Positions 49,919 through 59,778 of a DNA stretch of 64,000 nucleotides are shown piece after piece. The stretch is from Candidatus Obscuribacteraceae bacterium. Its GTDB lineage: Bacteria; Cyanobacteriota; Vampirovibrionia; Obscuribacterales; Obscuribacteraceae. The position numbers and the translations under genes are program-made. The notes under the pieces were generated by a model, which was not told the origin of the DNA, searched no databases, and was given only the letters and a program-made list of their open reading frames with translations. Numbering within the stretch: position 1 is the stretch's first letter; every line of letters begins with the position of its first letter. Location: positions 1-64,000 of the forward strand of contig JBGASG010000010.1 in NCBI GenBank assembly GCA_044229845.1. Reading direction: 5' to 3'.

Positions 49919-50953
49919 ATGGAGCAAAGTCAAGTGCGATTCAGCGTATTTTCCACCCTGCTCAAGAAGAACGCCGGAATGCGCTTGTTAGCGGCATCGC
50001 TGGCCCTGAGCACGTTGGCATCTTGTAGTATAAAACCGAGATCGCTGGCTCTCCAAGAGCAAGCTGCTCAGGCGCTTAAAGAAGGGAAACCGGTCGTCGC
50101 TAAAGCACTGCTTAATCAGGCGATTGAGACCGCCAATCAGACTGGACAGCCGGCAGATGCGCTGGAGAGTTATCGGCAGGCAGCGATCCTATCTATAGGA
50201 GCGGACCCGACCGGAAAGCGCCCGTCCGAACTGGCCAATCGAGCCGTCGAGCTGGCTGAGCAAAAGTATGGAATCGCCGATCCACGCATCATTCCTTATT
50301 TGAGTTGTGCCGGTCAGGTGGCATATCGGCACCACGACTTCGAAACGGCGGAAAAGTTTTACAGCCGAGCCCTGTCTTTGCATGATGCGGCCCGTCAACC
50401 CGACGACCTGGCGTTTAGCGAAATTCTCGGCGGACTGATTTCAGCCAGTTGCGCCGGAGGCAAGTGCATTGATGCAGAGCCGCTCTACAAAAGGCTGATC
50501 GCGGTGCGCACTCGTGAGCTCGGTGCCGATCACGAACACACTTTGAGCGCCAGTATGATGTACGCCGAAAATTGCGAGCGCCGCAAAAAGTATACGCAAG
50601 CTCGCGAGATTTATATGACCTGCGTGCGTTCGGCGCAAAGCAGAAATCCGCAGCTTTTGCCGGCACTACTGGCGGGCATCGGTCGGCTCTATAATTTGGA
50701 GGGCCGGTACGCAGAAGCGGAGCAAGCACTGACCAGCGCTGCACGCCTGATTGCCACCAACCCTCAGTCACCAGATCGCTATCGAATTTACGGCGAACTT
50801 GCCACCACCAACGCTCACCTCAATCGGCGACCGCAAGCCGAGATGTTCTACAAACTGGCTATCGAAGCGGCTACCCGCGCAACCGGCGGCGAGTCTCCCG
50901 AGACGACCTCTCTGCGCTCGGCCTACGATCGGTTCAAATCACCAGCGAACTGA
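49919..50953 (+). CDS. TPR lipoprotein
   Basis: Lipobox LASC; LGRLY..EGRYAEAE TPR units. Confidence 0.8.
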   Translation: MEQSQVRFSVFSTLLKKNAGMRLLAASLALSTLASCSIKPRSLALQEQAAQALKEGKPVVAKALLNQAIETANQTGQPADALESYRQAAILSIGADPTGKRPSELANRAVELAEQKYGIADPRIIPYLSCAGQVAYRHHDFETAEKFYSRALSLHDAARQPDDLAFSEILGGLISASCAGGKCIDAEPLYKRLIAVRTRELGADHEHTLSASMMYAENCERRKKYTQAREIYMTCVRSAQSRNPQLLPALLAGIGRLYNLEGRYAEAEQALTSAARLIATNPQSPDRYRIYGELATTNAHLNRRPQAEMFYKLAIEAATRATGGESPETTSLRSAYDRFKSPAN

Positions 50954-50990
50954 TCTAGACTGGCAGCAGCACCGCCGAAGGACTGAGAAA

Positions 50991-51710
50991 ATGAAAACAG
51001 CCCGCCATCGTGTTTCGTTCTTGATTGCCACCACTTGCACTTTGCTGTCCTTTCCTTGTCTCAGCGACTATCTGATTGACGATTTTCTCGGCGGCTGCGC
51101 GCTGGCGGCGCCGGCAAAAGCAGCGGCGCGCGGCGAGTCTTTAGAAGCATGGACCGACAGAATTACGAAACAGGTCAAACAGAACTGGCATCCACCGCAA
51201 TGCAACGTCAGCGAGAACACGATTATGTACTGCGACATCGACGCCAGCGGCAAGATTGTCGGCACTAAGTTGCAAAAGTCTTCCGGAGTGAAGGCTCTGG
51301 ATGAATCAGTCGCCAAAGCGTTCGCCGACACCGGTCAGGTCGCGCCTCCGCCAGTGGCCTTCCCCAAGGGGGTACCGGCGATGACGGTGGAAATCACTTT
51401 CGACTACAAAGTCCAACAACAGCAGGCTCCGCGAGCCGCCACCAAAGCGCCCGCCGCCAAACCGGCAATCGCACCAGCGGCGGCGCAAACGCCCGCCCTG
51501 GATACCACGGTGCCGGCCGCTGATACCACCGCCGCACCGGCGCTAGACATACCGGCCGCATCACCGCCCATGGAGATGCCGCCGGCAGCCGTTCCTGAGA
51601 CTCCCGCCAGCGAGCCGCCTGCCACAACCGCGCCGTCGTCCGAAGAGTCCAGTACGGCTCCACCATCTTCAACACCGGCAGCCGGCGGCGATCCCTTCGA
51701 AGCTAAATGA
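50991..51710 (+). CDS. TonB/TolA C-terminal domain protein with Pro/Ala-rich tail
   Basis: I..QVKQNW.PP...ID.SG......SSG..ALD..V..A...PPP..F......ITFDY. Confidence 0.78.
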   Translation: MKTARHRVSFLIATTCTLLSFPCLSDYLIDDFLGGCALAAPAKAAARGESLEAWTDRITKQVKQNWHPPQCNVSENTIMYCDIDASGKIVGTKLQKSSGVKALDESVAKAFADTGQVAPPPVAFPKGVPAMTVEITFDYKVQQQQAPRAATKAPAAKPAIAPAAAQTPALDTTVPAADTTAAPALDIPAASPPMEMPPAAVPETPASEPPATTAPSSEESSTAPPSSTPAAGGDPFEAK

Positions 51711-51724
51711 GTTGATACGGCGCG

Positions 51725-52183
51725 TTATTTGGTCTTCGGCAAGATCACTGTCGGCATGTCGGAAATTGCCTTGTCGTCCACATCAGCAAACTTGACGTTT
51801 TCCTCGATTGATTTATCGAAGATTTGTTTGAGCGTCGTCTGCTTCCTGTCGTAAATCACCAGCCCCCAGTAGGGCTTGAAGATAGAAACATCGGCTTTAA
51901 GTACGCCGGGAGAGGTACGCATTCTCTGGGCCACACGGCGCAGACAGGCGACGCAACTGGCTCCAGTGACTCTGAAATCCGCCCGCTGCAGAGCGGCCGG
52001 AGTCGCCTTACCGGTCGGCGTCGCAGCGCTTTGACCGGCAGCTGTGGACTTTGCCGCCTTGGGCGCTGGTTTGCCAGCAGGCGCCTCCGGTTTGGACGCA
52101 GCGGCTGGTAATGCCAGGACCGAAATTGCCATAGCCATTAAAAGTCCAGTTCTCACAAATACCTCATTTCCCGAATGCCGCAC
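51725..52183 (-). CDS. Exported heavy-metal-associated (HMA-like) domain protein
   Basis: Signal peptide; FRVTGASCVAC..RV......PGV..ADVS. Confidence 0.75.
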   Translation of the reverse strand: MRHSGNEVFVRTGLLMAMAISVLALPAAASKPEAPAGKPAPKAAKSTAAGQSAATPTGKATPAALQRADFRVTGASCVACLRRVAQRMRTSPGVLKADVSIFKPYWGLVIYDRKQTTLKQIFDKSIEENVKFADVDDKAISDMPTVILPKTK

Positions 52184-52368
52184 CCAGTCAATAAAAGTTA
52201 TAACCGGTCCGAGCCGCCCAGCTATTGTGAAATGGCATTAAGTTGATACAATATTAATGTTTCCAGGAGCTCTCTCCCCTGAACTGGGCATAGAGTTCTT
52301 GGGATTCCAAATAGAACTCCCGACCTCACTTTACTAAAGGCCGATTTCCCTTGAGAGGAAATAGAATC

Positions 52369-52812
52369 ATGTTGCGTCGTCGTCGTACGTCTGGTTCCGC
52401 CATTATGGAAACTGGTCCGGCGCTGTATGTGTTTTTGCTTTTGATCTTTTTCCCGATGGTAGATTTGCTTTTTATGGGCGTCGACTTCTGCGGTTCCTGG
52501 TACATGAACCATCTGGTGGTGCGCGAACTGGCTCTGCGCAAAAAATCCGAGTGGCCAAATGCCATCTCGCAAGTCGTCACTCCGTTCACCAACGCCGGAG
52601 TCGGACAGTTCATGCACATAACCGGCAGCTCTCATGTGCCGATCAATGTCGGCCAGCCGACCGACGGTGAGCGCATGAAAGTGCAGTGCGACAGCACCGT
52701 CACCTGTGCGCCGTTTCTGCAATTACCAATTCCCGGTTCTATTCCTGGACTTTCCGGACCGGTGACTTTCAGATTCTCATCCGAAAGACCTCGAGAGAAC
52801 GACTTAGACTGA
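52369..52812 (+). CDS. TadE-like pseudopilin, paralog of 45420..45887
   Basis: GAGGA RBS; RRRRTSG|SAIMETGPALYVFLLLIFFPMVDL; shared RE.ALR, PFL..P, IPGLS, RP.E motifs. Confidence 0.78.
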   Translation: MLRRRRTSGSAIMETGPALYVFLLLIFFPMVDLLFMGVDFCGSWYMNHLVVRELALRKKSEWPNAISQVVTPFTNAGVGQFMHITGSSHVPINVGQPTDGERMKVQCDSTVTCAPFLQLPIPGSIPGLSGPVTFRFSSERPRENDLD

Positions 52813-52813
52813 C

Positions 52814-53251
52814 ATGAAGACATCAAAACGACTCCGACGCGGACAAAGCATAGTTGAGACAGTGGTTGGTATCATTTTTCTGATCCCAATTGTTCTGTTT
52901 CTGCTCGACGTTTCAGTGCTGGTAATGGCCCAGACCGCCAACGACAACCTGGCGAAAAGCGCCGCCCGCGCCGCCGCCAGCGCTACTCCAGGACCGGGAC
53001 AGACTGGCACCTCGTCCGCCGGACAGGCAGCCGCTCAACGCGTACTCAACAACTTTGCCACCTCTTCGATCATTACATCGAAAACAATGCCGACGTTCGA
53101 TTACGATATGAGTACCGGCAACGTCACCGTCGGCACGCAAATCGTCGTCAGACCGCCGGTCGTCTTCCCTGGATTCAGCCAGTTCAACTTCAACGCCCGC
53201 GCCACAGAACCGATTGTTTCTATTCCACCAACGGCATCTAGCGGCAGCTAA
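52814..53251 (+). CDS. TadE-like pseudopilin
   Basis: RLRRG|QSIVETVVGIIFLIPIVLFLLD...AKSAARAAA. Confidence 0.8.
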   Translation: MKTSKRLRRGQSIVETVVGIIFLIPIVLFLLDVSVLVMAQTANDNLAKSAARAAASATPGPGQTGTSSAGQAAAQRVLNNFATSSIITSKTMPTFDYDMSTGNVTVGTQIVVRPPVVFPGFSQFNFNARATEPIVSIPPTASSGS

Positions 53252-53256
53252 AACAC

Positions 53257-54474
53257 TTGATGCGTTCATTCACCATATATGGTGCCAGACCGATCGCCCT
53301 GGCAACCGTCTGTGTGTGGATGCTTGCCGCAGGTTCGTCCGCTGCGGCGGCGCCAGTGGCGTCCGCCGCAGACATGCAGCAACTGGCAGACGTCGTCAAA
53401 AGCCATCCAGACGATGCGCAGGCTCGTTTGCAGTTGGCGCTGGCACTGGCCAAAAACGGCTTCCGCAGCCTGTCCGCAGATCAATTGCAGGAAGCCGACC
53501 GCATCCAGCCCGGCTTCGTGCGCGAACGATTCCATAGTTTCATGCGGTCCGGACGGCAGTCAGAACAGAGGGACAACTGTAAGTGGATTGTCTTTTACAT
53601 CCTTCGTCAGAACCCCGAAGACGCCGATGCATTGCTGCTTACAGCGACTTCACTCTCCGCCGGGGGACAGGCAGACCTGTCGCGCTCAGTTCTCGAGAAA
53701 GCCATCAGAAATGCACCACGCCATCTCGGGTTGCATGCGGAGTTGGCACGCGTGCTCAACGATCAAAAGCAGTTTGCGCCGGCTTACGCCGCCGCCGCCC
53801 AGGAGCTTGCCATCGACCCAACCAGCGCCCCGGCGCGCTTCGAGTACGCGCGCGCACTGCTGGAACTGGGCAATCAATCACAGTTTGTCAGCGCCACGTT
53901 GCAAGCAGCCTACCAGCAGGATCCTAAGAATCGCGACAAGAGTCTGCTTTTCGCCCGCTGCCTGATCCGGCAGGGGCAATATCAAAAGTGTCTGCCGCCT
54001 TTGCTCTACAACATCTCCGCACTGGCTCCCCCGCAAGAAATAGATGAAACCGACGCACTTCTGGCGACCGTGCTGGACCACCTGCCAGGCAGCTCGATCA
54101 AGTTGCAAGCAGATAAGCTGGCAGCCGGGATACCCGACCCTTTCATGAAAGGCTACTTTCACATGCGCCTGGGAAGCATTTTCGACGGCAAGGCGCAGTA
54201 CGCTCAGGCAAATGAGGAGTATCTGCAAGCCATAGAGACGCATTCGCCATTCGAAGGCAGTGCTTGCTTCCACCTCGCCCACAACCTGGATACAAAATTT
54301 CAGGATCCGCAAAGAGCTCTGCCTTATTACCGCCAAGCCGCCGTCCTCAAACCATACGACAATCAGGTCCAGCGGGTGACCGCACGCACGGAAGACCGCT
54401 GCCGCAACCGTCCCCGCGACGTGGCAGGGCAGTTGAAGTCGTTTTTGTGGCGTAACGTGAACAAAGCCAGGTGA
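53257..54474 (+). CDS. Exported TPR protein (DVAxQ-tail family)
   Basis: Signal peptide, TPRs, C-terminal RCRNRPRDVAGQLKSFLWR. Confidence 0.82.
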   Translation: MMRSFTIYGARPIALATVCVWMLAAGSSAAAAPVASAADMQQLADVVKSHPDDAQARLQLALALAKNGFRSLSADQLQEADRIQPGFVRERFHSFMRSGRQSEQRDNCKWIVFYILRQNPEDADALLLTATSLSAGGQADLSRSVLEKAIRNAPRHLGLHAELARVLNDQKQFAPAYAAAAQELAIDPTSAPARFEYARALLELGNQSQFVSATLQAAYQQDPKNRDKSLLFARCLIRQGQYQKCLPPLLYNISALAPPQEIDETDALLATVLDHLPGSSIKLQADKLAAGIPDPFMKGYFHMRLGSIFDGKAQYAQANEEYLQAIETHSPFEGSACFHLAHNLDTKFQDPQRALPYYRQAAVLKPYDNQVQRVTARTEDRCRNRPRDVAGQLKSFLWRNVNKAR

Positions 54475-54521
54475 CGATTTCATGGGGATATGATCCTGCA
54501 CGTATCTGTGGGAGGTTTCTC

Positions 54522-56252
54522 GTGAGCAAGCGCATCGGTTTCTTTACTCTGGCTCTCCACACTCTGATGATTCTCGCCCTGGTCGTGCAACCACCTGCGG
54601 TGCGCGCTCAGACGTGGCAATCCAGCCAGCCGAAACTGGTGCTGATGATTGTGCTCGATCAGTTCAACTACGATTACCTGAACCGCTTCCAGGACAAACT
54701 GGGCACGGGCGGCTTCCGGCTGTTGATGGAAGGTGGAGCACACTTTACCAACTGCAAGTACACTCAGGCGACAACACAGACGGCAGTCGGACATTCGATT
54801 ATCGCGACCGGCGCTCTGCCCTGGGCGACCGGCGTCATCGCCAATGACTGGTACAGCCGCGGAAAAGACAAAGAAGTGCTGGCGGTCTCCGACGACTCCG
54901 CGCAGATGGTGGGCGCCAACGGCCCCGGCGCCAGCGCCCGCGCCATGCAGGGCAGCACCATCGGCGATCAGATGAAGTTGGCCACCAACGGCCGCAGCAA
55001 GGTGATCACCATTTCGCTCAAAGACCGCGGCGCCGTTTTTCTGGCCGGCAAGCTGGCCAATGAAGCTTACTGGTGGGATATGCGCACCGGCACTTTCGTA
55101 ACCTCCTCGCAATACGGCTCGACACTCTCCGGCTGGGCCAAGACTTTCAACGACAGCCACTATGCCGACAAATTCTACGGCAAGCCCTGGCAGCGCCTGC
55201 TGCCTGAAACTGCATATGGTGCCTCGACCAAAGACGACTATGTTTACGAGCGCCCGATTCCCGGAGACGGGCGCCAGTTTCCGCATGTCATCACCGGTGG
55301 TGGCGCAGGTCCCGGACCGGAATTTTACGGCGCCTTCGCCATGTCGCCGTTTGCCAATCAGATGCTCGCCGATCTGGCTCGTGAAGCCATCGACCGCGAG
55401 AGCCTCGGGCAGCACACCGACCCCGACATGCTCGGCATCAGTTTCTCCGCCACCGACTACGTAGGTCACAGCTTCGGACCGTACAGCCAGGAAGCGGAAG
55501 ACATGTTCTTGCGCCTGGACCAGAGCCTGGCCAGCCTGTTTGTCTTCATAGATCAGAAGATTGGACTGGACCGCTGCTTGATTGTCGTCACCGGCGATCA
55601 CGGCTCGATGCCGATTCCGGAGTTTCTCAAAGAGCGCGGTCTGGATGCCGGACGGATTGATCCCAAAGCCTTCAAGACGCTGCTCGATTCGGCTCTTGAC
55701 GCGCGGTTGGGAGCGGACGATTGGATTACGTCTTTCCAACCGCCTAACCTTTACTTAAACCTGGCGACAATCGATAAGCAAAAATACAGACAGCCGGAAG
55801 TAGAATCGCTGGCCGCGAAGTTGTCCCACGGCATCCCCGGTATCTCCGAAGCATATACAGCAGGACAGTTGTTCGCCAACAACATGCCCAACGGGCCGCT
55901 CACGGAGAGCGTGCGCCAGGGCTATTATTGGGGTCGCAGCGGCGAACTGGTGATATTGCCGAAGCCGGGATATATATTCAGTTCCGAACCGACCGGCACC
56001 AGCCACGGCAGCCCGTATGCCTACGACGCGCAAGTGCCGCTCTTGCTTTACGGCACCGGTATTCGTGCAGGCAAATACGGCAACAGCTGCGCTCCGCAAG
56101 ACATCGCACCGACGCTTGCCACTGTGGTCGGCACGGCGGCGCCATCGCTGTGCGAGGGACGCGTTCTTACCGAATGCCTCTCGCAAGTGCAGGGGCCGCC
56201 CCGTCCCGCCAACATGCCGCTTGCAGCCCCGGCCGATGCGCAAGTGAAATAA
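54522..56252 (+). CDS. Alkaline phosphatase family protein (PafA-like)
   Basis: PKLV...VLDQ, T.TAVGH..IATG, SLKDRGA, DYVGH.FGP.S, TGDHG, HGSPY.YD..VPL; GGAGG RBS before GTG 54522. Confidence 0.9.
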   Translation: MSKRIGFFTLALHTLMILALVVQPPAVRAQTWQSSQPKLVLMIVLDQFNYDYLNRFQDKLGTGGFRLLMEGGAHFTNCKYTQATTQTAVGHSIIATGALPWATGVIANDWYSRGKDKEVLAVSDDSAQMVGANGPGASARAMQGSTIGDQMKLATNGRSKVITISLKDRGAVFLAGKLANEAYWWDMRTGTFVTSSQYGSTLSGWAKTFNDSHYADKFYGKPWQRLLPETAYGASTKDDYVYERPIPGDGRQFPHVITGGGAGPGPEFYGAFAMSPFANQMLADLAREAIDRESLGQHTDPDMLGISFSATDYVGHSFGPYSQEAEDMFLRLDQSLASLFVFIDQKIGLDRCLIVVTGDHGSMPIPEFLKERGLDAGRIDPKAFKTLLDSALDARLGADDWITSFQPPNLYLNLATIDKQKYRQPEVESLAAKLSHGIPGISEAYTAGQLFANNMPNGPLTESVRQGYYWGRSGELVILPKPGYIFSSEPTGTSHGSPYAYDAQVPLLLYGTGIRAGKYGNSCAPQDIAPTLATVVGTAAPSLCEGRVLTECLSQVQGPPRPANMPLAAPADAQVK

Positions 56253-56337
56253 AGCCCATCTAGTCCGAGAGTGCAGATGCCGCATGGCATCGTGGTTTAG
56301 AGCGGAAAGATAACAGCAAGTCTGGTATCTTTTTGCT

Positions 56338-59253
56338 ATGTCAAATCAAAAAACTCTGTTGCTCGTCGACGGAAGCTCTCTGGCATTCCGTTCGTTCTTC
56401 GCGCTGCTGACTTCCGGTTTGCGTCGTTCTGACGGACAGCCGACCTGGGCTGTCTACGGATTTTTCAATTCCCTCTTCGACGTTCTCGAACGTTGGACGC
56501 CCGATTGCATTGCTGTGGCATTCGACGTGGCGAAAAAGAAGACATTCCGGCACGAAGAATTTCAGGACTACAAAGCCGGACGGGCGGCTATGCCCGATGA
56601 CCTGTCAGTGCAGTGGCCCGTGATCAAGCAGGGGCTGGAAGCTTTGAAAATTCCCATCTACGAGCTGGAGGGCTACGAAGCGGATGACGTCATCGGCACC
56701 GTCGCCAAGAAATCCATCGACCAGGATTTGCAGGTCTTCATTCTTACCGGCGATCACGATGCGTTCCAACTACTGGACGGCAAAATCCAGGTCCTGATGC
56801 CGAGCACCAAAGAAGGGCTAAAAACATACGGGCCGCAAGAATGTTTCGACAAACTGGGTGTCTGGCCGGATCAAATCACAGACTACAAAGGATTGTGCGG
56901 CGACACCTCCGACAATATTCCCGGAGTGCGGGGCATCGGTCCGAAGACCGCCGTGCAATTGCTGACGCAGTACAAAACTGTAGAAGGCATCTACGAGCAT
57001 CTCAGCGAACTGAAATCTGATGCGATGCGCAAGAAACTCGATGAGGGCAAACAAAGTGCTCTCATGAGCAAGAGCCTGGCCACTATTCATCCGGATGTGC
57101 CTTTCGAACTCGACTTCGAGCATTGCCGGCTGACCATGCCGGAAATCGAAACCGCCACCAGCTTTTTCCGCGACATGGAATTCAACGCCATCCTCAAACG
57201 CCTGCCGAAAATTCTGTCGCGCTTCAACAACGGCGTCACCCCGGACATCGACCCGGCACTTCTGGAGCCGCTCAACAAGGCTCGCCGCAGCCGGCGCCCG
57301 AACACCGAAGAGGTGGAACCAGGGCATTACGATCAAGTTGCACCGGCGGCCGCCACCATTGCCATCCAGGAGCGCCTGCCACTATATACGGTGCAGCCCA
57401 TGGACAAGCCGACGCCGCTTGTAGTGCGCAATACCCAACAACTGAGCGACCTGCTTTCGGAAGTAAGCAGTTGCACGGTGCTCTCCATCGAGTTGGGTCT
57501 GACCAACGCCGCTTCCCTGGAGGGTGACATCGCCGGCATAGCGCTGGCCTGGTCAGCGGCTGCCTCCTACACAAGCGAAAGTCGATTTGCTGCGGACGCC
57601 GAGAAATGGAGCGTGCGTTCGGCATATATTCCCCTGACACACAAGAGCGACGGCGAGCAGGTGGACAGCGGCACTGTTCTCAAAGCGCTGAAACCGATTC
57701 TGGAAAACAAGGCAATCGGCAAAGTAGGCTTCAACTTAAAACACTCTATGAACGCCGCTTCGTTGAAAGGCATCGCAATTGCACCTTTGCTCTTCGACCC
57801 CATGCTGGCCAGCTACATCGTCAACCCTGATGACAAACACAAATTGAAAGAGCAGGCAGAGCGGGCTCTTTCCTACTCGCTGCAAGACATCACAGAGCTC
57901 CTGGGCACAGGCAAGAAACAGATCACCGTCGACTACCTGCCGGTCGACAGCGCGGCGCAAGCCCTGGCAGATGCGGCTCGCGTCAGCCTGGAGTTGACGC
58001 GCTATTACGCGCAGTCGGTCAACACCGATCAAGACTACCTGATGTGGGAGATGGATCTGCCACTGGCGACCGTACTGGCCCGCATGGAACAAAACGGCGT
58101 CAAACTGGACGTGCCGTTTTTCGAAAGCTATGCCGTAGAGTTGGCGGCTGATATCGAGCGACTAGAGAAAGAGATCTTCGAACTTGCCGGTCATGCCTTC
58201 AATATAGGCTCACCGCTGCAACTGCAAAAGGTGCTCTTCGAAGAACTGCAATTGCCCACTAAGGCAAAGACCAAAACCGGATATTCCACCGATGCATCGG
58301 TTCTGGAATCTTTGAAAGAACATGAAATCGTCGCCAAGATTCTGGAATACCGGCAGTTGAGCAAATTGCAGTCCACTTACGTGGTGGCATTGCCCCGCCA
58401 GATTTCATCACGCGACAACAGACTGCACGGCGAATTCAATCAAACAACCACCGCCACCGGTCGCCTTTCTTCCACTAACCCCAATCTGCAAAACATTCCC
58501 ATCCGAACGGAGCGCGGAGGTCGCATCAGGAAAGGTTTCATAGCCAGTGACAGCGATCACCTGCTGGTGTCCGCCGATTATTCGCAGATCGAGTTGCGAC
58601 TCCTGGCACACATGTCCGGCGACGAGAGGTTGATCGAAGCTTTCGGCAACGATGAAGACATTCACTCGCGCACCGCCCGTGACATCTTCGATGTGTCGGA
58701 GGAAAACGCAGTGACAGCCGACATGCGCCGCGTCGGCAAGACGCTCAATTTCGCCCTCATCTATCAGCAAGGACCCTTTGCCACCGCCCAGTCGCTCGGC
58801 ATACCGACGCGTGAAGCGCAAAAGTTTATCGACAAGTACTTCGCCACCTATCCCAAAGTGCGCGCGTTCATGTCGGGCACCATCGCCAGTGCCCGCCAGA
58901 CCGGTTATGTGGAAACATTGTGGGGACGCCGCCGGTACTTCGCTATGATCAACGATCGCAACGACGCGGTTCGCAAAGCTGCCGAACGCGCCGCTTGCAA
59001 CGCACCGCTGCAAGGCAGCGCCGCCGATCTGATCAAACTGGCGATGGTGCGCCTGGAGAAAGACTTCCAACAAGCAAACCTGGATGCCAAATTGATTCTG
59101 CAGGTACACGACGAACTGGTTTTCGATGTTCCGAAAGACCAGCTCGAACCCACAAAAGAAGCGATCAAGCTGGCGATGGCAATGGATCAACCACTGCGAG
59201 TGCCCTTGCGCATCGATGTCGGTTGCGGCAGCAACTGGGGCGACTGCAAGTAG
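56338..59253 (+). CDS. polA: DNA polymerase I
   Basis: 5'-3' exonuclease (LVDGSS, EADDVIGT, GDTSDNIPGV), TGRLSS.NPNLQNIP, ADYSQIELR, LQVHDEL. Confidence 0.98.
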   Translation: MSNQKTLLLVDGSSLAFRSFFALLTSGLRRSDGQPTWAVYGFFNSLFDVLERWTPDCIAVAFDVAKKKTFRHEEFQDYKAGRAAMPDDLSVQWPVIKQGLEALKIPIYELEGYEADDVIGTVAKKSIDQDLQVFILTGDHDAFQLLDGKIQVLMPSTKEGLKTYGPQECFDKLGVWPDQITDYKGLCGDTSDNIPGVRGIGPKTAVQLLTQYKTVEGIYEHLSELKSDAMRKKLDEGKQSALMSKSLATIHPDVPFELDFEHCRLTMPEIETATSFFRDMEFNAILKRLPKILSRFNNGVTPDIDPALLEPLNKARRSRRPNTEEVEPGHYDQVAPAAATIAIQERLPLYTVQPMDKPTPLVVRNTQQLSDLLSEVSSCTVLSIELGLTNAASLEGDIAGIALAWSAAASYTSESRFAADAEKWSVRSAYIPLTHKSDGEQVDSGTVLKALKPILENKAIGKVGFNLKHSMNAASLKGIAIAPLLFDPMLASYIVNPDDKHKLKEQAERALSYSLQDITELLGTGKKQITVDYLPVDSAAQALADAARVSLELTRYYAQSVNTDQDYLMWEMDLPLATVLARMEQNGVKLDVPFFESYAVELAADIERLEKEIFELAGHAFNIGSPLQLQKVLFEELQLPTKAKTKTGYSTDASVLESLKEHEIVAKILEYRQLSKLQSTYVVALPRQISSRDNRLHGEFNQTTTATGRLSSTNPNLQNIPIRTERGGRIRKGFIASDSDHLLVSADYSQIELRLLAHMSGDERLIEAFGNDEDIHSRTARDIFDVSEENAVTADMRRVGKTLNFALIYQQGPFATAQSLGIPTREAQKFIDKYFATYPKVRAFMSGTIASARQTGYVETLWGRRRYFAMINDRNDAVRKAAERAACNAPLQGSAADLIKLAMVRLEKDFQQANLDAKLILQVHDELVFDVPKDQLEPTKEAIKLAMAMDQPLRVPLRIDVGCGSNWGDCK

Positions 59254-59335
59254 CGGCTCCTCATCCTGGCGGGGAACAGAAACAGCCCGTTCACGTCTTG
59301 CCAGAAGCGAGTTGATTTCTGGATGAGAACAGGCA

Positions 59336-59731
59336 ATGGACGCAAGCTCCTTTTTTTCGACCGCAGGAGAGTTGAAAAGCCTTGTTTCACGTTATTTGGC
59401 GGCAGGAGCTCGCAATACCGCACCGGCGGTGCTGCTTAAGTTGAGCGCGGACGACAACGAACATGTGCGCAGGCGGGTGGCCGAGAATCCCAATACACCG
59501 GGACAGGCGCTGTCTGCGCTGTCACAGGACGACGTAGATGAAGTACGCCTGGCGGTGGCTCTCAATCGCAGAACTCCCCCGCAGGTCCTGCAACAGCTTT
59601 CAGACGACTTAAATCCTGAAGTGCGGTTTGCCATCGCCGCCAACGAGACGATGCCGGACTCCATTCTTCTCGGTCTTTTCCTGGATGCAGATCCCTGGGT
59701 GGCCGACCGGGCAAGCCAGACCTTGAGTTGA
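59336..59731 (+). CDS. Leucine-rich-repeat-variant / HEAT-like repeat protein
   Basis: Repeated L..LS.D....VR..VA.N..TP units. Confidence 0.8.
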   Translation: MDASSFFSTAGELKSLVSRYLAAGARNTAPAVLLKLSADDNEHVRRRVAENPNTPGQALSALSQDDVDEVRLAVALNRRTPPQVLQQLSDDLNPEVRFAIAANETMPDSILLGLFLDADPWVADRASQTLS

Positions 59732-59778
59732 TCGACCTTTCTGTATAATTGCCTGCGGAGCACAGATCCGAGGCATGA

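Noticed and set aside
57400..58050. Degenerate 3'-5' exonuclease domain of PolA
   Set aside because: Loss of the proofreading acidic residues is common in bacterial Pol I.
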